This document shows positions 9,693 to 17,304 of a stretch of 64,000 nucleotides of DNA, piece after piece. Origin of the DNA: an uncultured archaeon (GTDB lineage Archaea > Thermoproteota > Bathyarchaeia > 40CM-2-53-6 > CALIRQ01); contig CALIRQ010000006.1 in assembly GCA_938042195.1 (NCBI GenBank), positions 46,868-110,867 on the forward strand, read 5' to 3'. Below the pieces are notes generated by a model. The model saw only the letters and a program-made list of their open reading frames with translations, had not been told where the DNA came from and ran no database searches. A program made the translations under genes and the position numbers. The first letter of the stretch is position 1. Each line of letters starts with the position of its first letter.

Positions 9693-12600
9693 GCTCTCTC
9701 CTCCAACCTCAGCCTCGGTGCGATCCCGAGCGCCAGCAACTCCTGCATAAGGAGCTTGAAGGCATAAGAAACGCTAACTGGCGATATTATCGCCCTCTCA
9801 CCGCATATCCTGCAAACATATCTATTCTGCTTTGCATCGTAATAGGCCAATAACCCACAGTTTTCGCAAACGTATATGGTAGCCTTATCGGATTCCTCCA
9901 GCAACCTATCCTTCAAGAGGGCCGAAGCCCCATATGCTATTAGGCAGTCCCTTTCCATTTCGCCAAACCTCAGGCCGCCGCCCCTAGCTCTGCCCTCGGT
10001 AGGCTGTCTAGTCAGCATCTGGACTTGGCCCCTGGCTCTTGCATGCATTTTATCGGACACCATGTGGTGGAGTTTTTGGTAATACGTGATCCCAATGAAA
10101 ACGTCCGCCATGAGCTTTTCCCCGGTGATGCCATTATACATGACCTCCCTGCCGCTGTATTGGAAGCCCATCTTCAGCAAGCCCTCCTTCAGCGAATCCA
10201 GCCCTCCGTTATCGAATGCCGTCCCGTCGATTTGCCTTCCCAAGATCGCCGCGAGCTTTCCAGCGATGTTCTCCGCGAATTGACCTATCGTCATCCTAGA
10301 GGGGATCGCGTGTGGGTTGATTATCAGATCGGGGACGATGCCATCCTCTGTGAACGGCATATCCTCCTGGGGGATCAGCAAACCTATGACCCCCTTCTGC
10401 CCATGCCTTGATGCGAATTTATCGCCGAGCTCCGGCATCCTATTGCTCCTGACCTTAACCTTGAACATCTTCCCCCCCTCCATCGACTCCGTTACGAAGA
10501 CGCTATCGATGACCCCTTCCTCGGATGGTCTCATCGTTATAGATGAATCCCTTCTAGCGGGTCCTCTCGCTTCGAATTCTCTATATTCCTCCAAGAACCT
10601 CGGGGGACTGGTCCTCCCTATTAGGACGGTATTCCCGGAAACGTCGGATTCGACGGAGATCGCGCCGTCTTCCTCGAGGAGCCTATAGTATTTTTCCCCG
10701 CGATAGCCCCTAACCCCCGGCTCTGGTATCTCGAACTTATCCTTCAATCCACCTAAATAATGCCTACACTCGGCCTCATATACCCTGAAGAAGCTGGATC
10801 GCCCAATTCCCCTATCCACGGAGGATTTGTTCACTATTATAGCATCTTCCATATTATAGCCCTGATAACAGAGCACCGCCACAACGTAGTTCTGTCCAGC
10901 AGGCCTTTTGTCATACCCTATCACCTCCATGGGTTTGGTCTTGACCAAGGGCACCTCGGGGTAGTGGAGCATATGGGCCCGGGAATCCACCCTATTGAAG
11001 AAGTTTATGGCGTATACCCCAAGGGCCTGCTTGGCCATGGCCGATTCGTAAGCATTCCTTGGAGACTGGTTATGCTCGGCATAAGGTATTATCGATGCGG
11101 AAGCGCCGAGTATGAGGTATGGGGCTAGCTCCATATGGGTTGTATTTCCCTTAATGGATCCCTCATCCAGGGCCACGAGGGCGTTTTCCTCCTCGTCGGC
11201 ATCTAGATATTCTATGATGCCATCGTTTACCAAGTCGGACCAATGGGTTTCCTTCGATGATATCCTCTCCCATAACTCAGGGGTCAATTTCGGGATGCCG
11301 CCCTCCACCACTATTAGCGGCCTCCTGATCCTCCCGGCATCGCAGTTTACGTAAACTTCCCCGGGGCCGAGGTTCTTGGGCGGGAAATAGGCTACATTGA
11401 TCTCGTGGCTTATCAATCCCTTCCTCCTCAGCGCCCTGATCTCCCTCGCCAACCCGGGGCCATCATCGACGTAGCCCGCGATGACTCCATCCACTATGAC
11501 CTTTGAGCCATGTAACCTTAGCTCGTCGCTTGCCTCGAGCGGGGGCACTACCCCCATGCTACGAATTCTCTCGATGAATTTGATTGGGTCTGTCCCGATC
11601 GATATGACGGCGTATAGCGCGAGGTTCTTGACCAACCCACAATTGGATCCTTCCGGCGTTTCGCTGGGGCAGAGCCTGCCCCAGTGGGTTGGATGCAAGT
11701 CCCTCGCCTCCAAGTTCGGCTGGCTCCTGCTAAGCGGCGATTGTAGCCTCCTCAGATGGCTGATCGTCGAGAGGAAGTTCGTCCTGTCCAAGAGCTGGGT
11801 TACGCCGACCCTGCCCCTAACCCAGTTGCCCGTCGCTATCGCGTGTTGAATCCTCTCGGTTATTATGCCAGGCCTGACGGCGCTAGATGGGGAGAACTCG
11901 AAGTATCGCCTCAATGCTATGCGCTCAAGCTGGTATTTCATATCCCTGACCAAGTTCCTGAAGGTTACCCTGAAGAGCTCCGATAACAAGGATCCGGCCA
12001 ACCTCAGCCTCTTGTTCGCGTAATGATCCTTGTCATCCGGGTCCCGCCGCCCTAGCTTCAGCTCAATCAGCCTCAGGGCCATGTCCGCCAAGAATATCGC
12101 CTTGCTCACCCTATCCTCCGGATTCCTCCCCAAGTGGGGGAGGAAGTTCTTATCCAAAACCGCCTCGGCCTTTTTGATCCTATATTCCTCCGTTTGTCCT
12201 ATCGCGACCCTATTCCCTATATAGAGCATTGCATCGCGAGCGGTGTTTATCCCTACGGATTTCTCGAAGGTTTGCTCCAGCTCGTTCTGGATCTCCGGAT
12301 CGGGGGAAACCAAGGCGGCTATCTTGGCATCGCTCTCCACCCCCAAGGCTTTCATTATTATTGTGAATGGGATCTCCGAGGGCACGCCCGGCATGGAGAC
12401 GTATATCACCCCATCGCTCTTCATCGTCGCCTCAATCCTCGCCTTGGACCCCACAGTCGTCGAGAAGACCTTGGCCTTGTATATCGGATGGGCACCCAGT
12501 TTTTCTATATCAACCAATGTTCGATTTGGAACGAGGTCCTCTAACGCGACAATTACCCTCTCGGATCCATTTATTATGAAGTAGCCGCCGGGATCCAGTG

Positions 12601-13027
12601 GATCCTCTCCGATCCTCATGAGCTCATCGGGCGATAATTTCGAGAGCGGGCATATCTTGGACTTCAACATCACCGGGAGATCCCCTATGTATACCAGCTC
12701 GGTGCCCATCTCCCGCTCCCCGACCACCGGGGTCATCTCGAGGAAGAGGGGGGCCGAATAGGTCAGGTTCCTAACTCTCGCCTCGCTCGGATAGATCAGC
12801 CTCTCTGAGCCGTCCACCTCAATGATGCGCGGGCTACCTAGCTCTATCTTCCCAAACTTTATTATTATCGGATTCCCTTCGATCTCCAACGGGATTTCCT
12901 TGACCTCATCCACAATCTCCTGCAGGCCCTTGCCCACAAAATCGTCAAAGGATGATATATGCTGCCTCACCAAGCCTTCCTCAACGAAGAACTCCTTCAT
13001 CAGTTCCCAACGCAATTGCCTTTGCAT
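9689..13027 (-). CDS. rpoB: DNA-directed RNA polymerase subunit B (unsplit)
   Basis: GDKFASRHGQKG, GGLRFGEMERDC, C-terminal zinc ribbon CENCG..CRICG. Confidence 0.97.
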   Translation of the reverse strand: MQRQLRWELMKEFFVEEGLVRQHISSFDDFVGKGLQEIVDEVKEIPLEIEGNPIIIKFGKIELGSPRIIEVDGSERLIYPSEARVRNLTYSAPLFLEMTPVVGEREMGTELVYIGDLPVMLKSKICPLSKLSPDELMRIGEDPLDPGGYFIINGSERVIVALEDLVPNRTLVDIEKLGAHPIYKAKVFSTTVGSKARIEATMKSDGVIYVSMPGVPSEIPFTIIMKALGVESDAKIAALVSPDPEIQNELEQTFEKSVGINTARDAMLYIGNRVAIGQTEEYRIKKAEAVLDKNFLPHLGRNPEDRVSKAIFLADMALRLIELKLGRRDPDDKDHYANKRLRLAGSLLSELFRVTFRNLVRDMKYQLERIALRRYFEFSPSSAVRPGIITERIQHAIATGNWVRGRVGVTQLLDRTNFLSTISHLRRLQSPLSRSQPNLEARDLHPTHWGRLCPSETPEGSNCGLVKNLALYAVISIGTDPIKFIERIRSMGVVPPLEASDELRLHGSKVIVDGVIAGYVDDGPGLAREIRALRRKGLISHEINVAYFPPKNLGPGEVYVNCDAGRIRRPLIVVEGGIPKLTPELWERISSKETHWSDLVNDGIIEYLDADEEENALVALDEGSIKGNTTHMELAPYLILGASASIIPYAEHNQSPRNAYESAMAKQALGVYAINFFNRVDSRAHMLHYPEVPLVKTKPMEVIGYDKRPAGQNYVVAVLCYQGYNMEDAIIVNKSSVDRGIGRSSFFRVYEAECRHYLGGLKDKFEIPEPGVRGYRGEKYYRLLEEDGAISVESDVSGNTVLIGRTSPPRFLEEYREFEARGPARRDSSITMRPSEEGVIDSVFVTESMEGGKMFKVKVRSNRMPELGDKFASRHGQKGVIGLLIPQEDMPFTEDGIVPDLIINPHAIPSRMTIGQFAENIAGKLAAILGRQIDGTAFDNGGLDSLKEGLLKMGFQYSGREVMYNGITGEKLMADVFIGITYYQKLHHMVSDKMHARARGQVQMLTRQPTEGRARGGGLRFGEMERDCLIAYGASALLKDRLLEESDKATIYVCENCGLLAYYDAKQNRYVCRICGERAIISPVSVSYAFKLLMQELLALGIAPRLRLEERA

Positions 13028-13038
13028 CCTACTCCCCC

Positions 13039-13296
13039 TCAATAGTCGACGACATATCTGTAAGCGACGCTCTCCCCAGCGGTTTGGCTCTTCCTTATTA
13101 TCTTTATCACATCGCCCTTCTTCGCACCGAGGGCCTTCGCCACCGGATCCGAGGCCCTAATATATGGAAGCTGATAGGGTTTTACGCGGTATTCCTCCAA
13201 GACCTTTCTCTTTTCTTCCTCGCTTAGGAGTATGTGGGTTGGGACCAAGACGTGCTTCAGTATATCGGGCCCCTCACCCTCATCGCCTTTCATCAA
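13039..13296 (-). CDS. rpoH: RNA polymerase subunit H (Rpo5)
   Basis: [32 protein letters not shown]. Confidence 0.96.
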   Translation of the reverse strand: MMKGDEGEGPDILKHVLVPTHILLSEEEKRKVLEEYRVKPYQLPYIRASDPVAKALGAKKGDVIKIIRKSQTAGESVAYRYVVDY

Positions 13297-13430
13297 ATCC
13301 CACTTCTCTCCCCCAGAATTACAATTTCTTGACGATCGCCAAGATGGCTCCTCTAGCCGGCATTGAACGGTTTAATAAATTTTTTGAATCTCCTAGGCCC
13401 GCCCACGCCAAATGATGGAGCTACATTGTG

Positions 13431-13564
13431 TGGCGGGCCCGCCGGGAATTGAACCCGGGGCCACCGGGTCTCTCCCCGGGGGTAAAAGCTTCGCCGGCGC
13501 CCCGCGACGCCACCGGTGCTCTACCTGGCTGAGCTACACGGCTCCTTTGGGAGCTTACGGGCCC
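13431..13564 (-). tRNA. tRNA-Lys(UUU) with three introns (9/10, 30/31, 37/38)
   Basis: Removing 13555-13535 (21 nt), 13512-13490 (23 nt) and 13482-13470 (13 nt) leaves a 77-nt cloverleaf: GGGCCCG UA GCUC AGCCAGGUA GAGC A CCGGG CUUUUAA CCCGG UGGCC CCGGG UUCAAUU CCCGG CGGGCCC G CCA. Each junction forms a BHB-like fold. Confidence 0.9.
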
Positions 13565-13656
13565 AGCAGGCCCGCCCGCTACGCAAAGGGGGCAATTTTC
13601 TAATTAATCTTTCCCGAGCCAAGTTTAAATGCCCTAACCGATAAATCAAAACTGGG

Positions 13657-13998
13657 TTGAGGATAGAGTTTTATGGATTCGGGAAGATAGTCATCGATGG
13701 CAAGGCCTACTATAGGGACGTTTTGATAACACCGAGCGGGGTCAAGGGGGATTGGTGGAGGAGATCCAGCCACGAGCTGCGGGCCGAGGACCTGAGGGGG
13801 TCTTTGGAGGGGGGCATCGAGGTGGCAATAGTGGGCACCGGGCGCTATGGGCTCATGAAGGTCCTGCCGGATGCCCTCCAGCTCCTAAGGGATGCCTCCT
13901 CTGAGCTTATAATCGAGAGGACCCCAAAGGCGTGCGAGGCCTATAATGAGCTCTCCGAGGCGAGAAGGGTCTTCGCGGCGCTCCATTTGACGTGCTAG
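13657..13998 (+). CDS. Mth938-like domain protein
   Basis: FGKIVIDGKAYYRDVLI, IVGTGRYG, TPKACEAYNEL, AALHLTC. Confidence 0.85.
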   Translation: MRIEFYGFGKIVIDGKAYYRDVLITPSGVKGDWWRRSSHELRAEDLRGSLEGGIEVAIVGTGRYGLMKVLPDALQLLRDASSELIIERTPKACEAYNELSEARRVFAALHLTC

Positions 13999-14071
13999 GC
14001 CTCCCCGGTTAGTTTTTAAAGGGGTCCCGACAAACCAATCGCCTCGATAGACCATTTGGAAGGGCTTTGCG

Positions 14072-15610
14072 TTGGCTTGGAGGGATTATTTGAAGGACGG
14101 TATCCAGCTCCCGGATCGAGTTTACGTCTTTGACACCACATTAAGGGATGGCGAGCAAACGCCTGAGGTATCGCTTACCCCCGAGGAGAAGTTGGCCATA
14201 GCCAAGCAATTGGATGCCTTGGGCGTCGACGTAATAGAGGCGGGCTTTCCGGTGATATCCAAGGGCGAGATGGAGGCCGTCAAGACGATATCTGAGGCGG
14301 GCCTCAAAGCCGAGATATGCGGATTGGCCAGGGCCGTTCAAAGGGACATAGATGTGGCGGTGGATTGCGGCGTGGATTGCGTTCACACGTTCATAGCCAC
14401 CTCGGAGGTGCATATGGCGAAGAAGCTCAAGATGACCAAGGAGGAGGTATTGGCCAGGGCCGTGGAGGCGGTGGAATACGCGAAGTCGAGGGGCGTAGTC
14501 GTGGAATTCTCGGCCGAGGATGCTACTAGGAGCGATTGGGACTTTTTGTTGGAGGTATACACGGCCGTTGAGAGGGCTGGGGCCGATAGGATAAACGTGC
14601 CGGATACGGTAGGATTCGCCATCCCGAGGGCCATGTTCCAGCTCATAAGGAGATTGAAGGATAGGATCCGGGTGCCGATATCAGTCCATTGCCACAACGA
14701 TATGGGGCTTGCCGTTGCCAATTCCCTCGCCAGCGTTGAGGCAGGGGCCGAGCAGGTACACGTGACCGTTAACGGCCTCGGGGAGAGGGCTGGCAACGCG
14801 AGCTTGGAGGAACTGGCCGTATGCCTCAATGTCCTCTACGGCATCCCGACGAACATAAAGCTGAGCGAAATCTATAAGACCTCCCAGATGGTCTCCTCCA
14901 TGACCGGGGTCATCGTCCAGCCGAATAAGGCGATAGTCGGCAGCAATGCCTTCGCCCACGAGAGCGGGATCCATACGCACGGCGTGATATCGTCCCCCGA
15001 TACCTATGAGCCGATAAGCCCGGAGCTCGTCGGCCGATCGAGGAGGCTTGTGGCCGGCAAGCACGCCGGGAGGCATGGAGTGGAGGAGATGTTGCGCGAG
15101 ATGGGTTTCTCGCTCACCAAGCAACAAATAGACGAGATCTTGGCAAAGGTGAAAGAGATAGGGGATAAGGGCGGCAAGGTAACGGATGCCGACTTGGCGA
15201 GCATGGCCGAGGCCCTGACCGGCTCCCTGCCCCCGGAGGAGAGGAGGATAAGACTCGAGGACTTGATCGTGGTCACCGGGAATAAGACCACGCCGGTCGC
15301 GACCGTCAGGCTGTTGATCGATGGGAAGGAGTATAGGAGTTCCCACTTCGGCGTTGGCCCAATAGATGCCGCCATAAAGGCCGTGAAGAACGTGGTCTCC
15401 GAGGTCGCGGCGTTCGACTTGGTGGAGTTCAGGCTCGATTCCATAACCGGCGGCACGGAGGCCTTGGCGAACGTCATAGTGAAGTTGGCCGACGAGAGCG
15501 GGAGGCTCGTTTCCACGAGGGCCGTTAGGGAGGACATAGTGATGGCGGGCGTGGAGGCGATCATCAATGCCGCCAATAGGTTGCTTTACCTCAGGGAGAG
15601 GAAGCCATGA
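14072..15610 (+). CDS. 2-isopropylmalate / citramalate synthase family (LeuA/CimA)
   Basis: DTTLRDGEQ, HCHNDMG, GLGERAGNA, AFAHESGIH, C-terminal regulatory domain. Substrate specificity cannot be assigned from sequence. Confidence 0.9.
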   Translation: MAWRDYLKDGIQLPDRVYVFDTTLRDGEQTPEVSLTPEEKLAIAKQLDALGVDVIEAGFPVISKGEMEAVKTISEAGLKAEICGLARAVQRDIDVAVDCGVDCVHTFIATSEVHMAKKLKMTKEEVLARAVEAVEYAKSRGVVVEFSAEDATRSDWDFLLEVYTAVERAGADRINVPDTVGFAIPRAMFQLIRRLKDRIRVPISVHCHNDMGLAVANSLASVEAGAEQVHVTVNGLGERAGNASLEELAVCLNVLYGIPTNIKLSEIYKTSQMVSSMTGVIVQPNKAIVGSNAFAHESGIHTHGVISSPDTYEPISPELVGRSRRLVAGKHAGRHGVEEMLREMGFSLTKQQIDEILAKVKEIGDKGGKVTDADLASMAEALTGSLPPEERRIRLEDLIVVTGNKTTPVATVRLLIDGKEYRSSHFGVGPIDAAIKAVKNVVSEVAAFDLVEFRLDSITGGTEALANVIVKLADESGRLVSTRAVREDIVMAGVEAIINAANRLLYLRERKP

Positions 15611-15691
15611 GGAAGCTGGGAGGATCGCTAGGGGATTCCGCAATATTTTTTAATCGAGTTGGCGGGCATCATTCTTCGCCCTGGGCGAAGG

Positions 15692-15816
15692 GCCCTGGTA
15701 GTATAGAGGTATTAAAGATACCGTAAAACCCGGCCTAGTATGTGCGGCTGTCGCCCGCACGACGCGGGTTCAAATCCCGCCCAAAAGGGACCATAATCCC
15801 TTGGCGAGGGGCGCCA
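15692..15816 (+). tRNA. tRNA-Asp(GUC) with two introns (15/16 and 68/69)
   Basis: Removing 15707-15728 (22 nt) and 15784-15808 (25 nt) gives a 78-nt cloverleaf: GCCCUGG UA GUAU AGCCCGGCCUA GUAU G UGCGG CUGUCGC CCGCA CGAC GCGGG UUCAAAU CCCGC CCAGGGC G CCA. Confidence 0.9.
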
Positions 15817-15935
15817 AACCCGCGTCGGAGGGAATCCGAATCACGGGCCTCCTCGGCCCCTAGAGCGAGCCCCGAGGGCTTGGAAACGCAAAAATTTTAT
15901 GCTCGATGTCCCCATCCATTACCGGTCCCGCGGAT

Positions 15936-16131
15936 CCCGCGGTAAGATGCCCAAGGCATCCCGCAAGCTCAGCCTGGTAGAGCTTCCGAGCCGGCCGAGG
16001 CAGGCGGCGGAGAGGCTGTAGGCGCGCGCCTTCGTCGGCGTGCGCTGCCCAAGCCTATCAGGCGACAGAAACCGGAGCGTCGCTGGTTCAAATCGGGCCG
16101 AGGGTCCGTGGAAATCCGGCCCGCGGGACCA
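15936..16131 (+). tRNA. tRNA-Tyr(GUA) with four introns (9/10, 30/31, 37/38, 59/60)
   Basis: Removing 15945-15966, 15989-16014, 16022-16070 and 16093-16114 gives a 77-nt cloverleaf: CCCGCGG UA GCUC AGCCUGGUA GAGC U UCCGG CUGUAGA CCGGA GCGUC GCUGG UUCAAAU CCGGC CCGCGGG A CCA, with the archaeal Tyr identity elements C1-G72 and A73. Confidence 0.9.
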
Positions 16132-16139
16132 CCACGGTA

Positions 16140-16147
16140 ATTTTTTT
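16140..16147 (+). terminator. Oligo-T tract after tRNA-Tyr (putative archaeal terminator)
   Basis: Run of seven T about 10 nt downstream of the CCA. Confidence 0.5.
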
Positions 16148-16185
16148 GGCGCATCCCATCCAATACGCAGGACCCGGGGATCGGT

Positions 16186-17205
16186 TTGGCCGAGAAGCGC
16201 CCAAAGGTCATCGTAACCGACCACGTCTATCCCACTATGGAATATGAGGTGGCCCTACTGGAGGGCTTCGGGGCCGAATGCGAAATCCATCAATGCAAAT
16301 CCGAAGAGGATGTCCTAAGGGCCGGGAGCGGGGCGGATGTATTGATGGTCACCTATGCCCCAATAACCCGCCGGGTCCTCTCGGGCCTCGGATCACTGAA
16401 GCTCGTCGTGAGGCATGGGGCCGGCTACGACAACGTCGATTTGAGGGCCGCGACGGAGATGGGCGTGATGGTCGCGAACGTCCCGAGATTCGGGGGGGAG
16501 GAGGTGGCGGATCATTCGATCGCCCTTTTGCTGGCCCTTTTGAGGAAGTTACCGGCCTTGGACGATTTGTCGAAGTCGGGCAAGTGGGGAGAATGGCACT
16601 CGGCCTTGCCCCTCCCCGCCTTGGATGGGCTAACCTTGGGGATACTCGGCTTCGGCAGGATTGGGCAACAAGTCGCTAGGAAGGCCAAGGCGGCCTTCGG
16701 AATGGATGTGATAACCCATCATCCCAGGAGGGATCGGGGAGAGATGCTCGCCGCCGGCGCCGAGCCCGTTGACTTCGAGGAGCTCTTCAGGAAGTCCGAT
16801 GCCCTGAGCATTCACCTTCCATTAACCGAGGAAACGTTCCATTTGGTCGGCGAGGAGGAGCTCCGCATGATGAAGCCAACGGCGGTTCTCGTGAACGCCG
16901 GGAGGGGAAAGGTCGTCGATGGGAGGGCCCTCTACAAGGCCCTCAAGGAGGGATGGATAGCCGGCGCGGGTTTGGATGTGATGGAAGAGGAGCCGCCAGA
17001 TCCCAAGGATCCTTTGTTGACGTTGCCCAATATAATAATAACTCCCCACGTGGCTTGGTATTCGGAGAGATCCCTGAGGGACCTCCAAGAGAGGGCGGCC
17101 CGGGAGGCCATCAGGGTCCTGAGCGGGGGGTTCCCCGAGAACCTCTTGAACCCAGAGGTTTTGAGGGCGAGGGGCCGAGAGGGGGCATCGAAACCAACGG
17201 TTTAG
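16186..17205 (+). CDS. D-2-hydroxyacid dehydrogenase family protein (PGDH/CtBP-like)
   Basis: RHGAGYDNVD, GILGFGRIG, NAGRG, DVMEEEP, TPHVAW. Confidence 0.9.
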   Translation: MAEKRPKVIVTDHVYPTMEYEVALLEGFGAECEIHQCKSEEDVLRAGSGADVLMVTYAPITRRVLSGLGSLKLVVRHGAGYDNVDLRAATEMGVMVANVPRFGGEEVADHSIALLLALLRKLPALDDLSKSGKWGEWHSALPLPALDGLTLGILGFGRIGQQVARKAKAAFGMDVITHHPRRDRGEMLAAGAEPVDFEELFRKSDALSIHLPLTEETFHLVGEEELRMMKPTAVLVNAGRGKVVDGRALYKALKEGWIAGAGLDVMEEEPPDPKDPLLTLPNIIITPHVAWYSERSLRDLQERAAREAIRVLSGGFPENLLNPEVLRARGREGASKPTV

Positions 17206-17304
17206 AATGGCACCATTGATGGACCCAAACGGGGTCCCGCGCCCTTAATCGCTTGACCGAAAGGTATAAAACGCCGATGTAGAATATGCCTTTTGGGATC
17301 GTGT

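Noticed and set aside
15927-15942. Upstream CCCGCGG copy as the true tRNA-Tyr 5' end, with a 9-nt intron
   Set aside because: 9 nt is shorter than any intron here (minimum 13) and the junction forms no BHB; the Lys equivalent also has a mismatch-tolerant copy. Treated as a leader decoy.
15969-16224. Short minus-strand ORFs over tRNA-Tyr (and similar ones over tRNA-Lys, tRNA-Leu and the SRP RNA)
   Set aside because: Explained by structured GC-rich RNA genes; no protein motifs.
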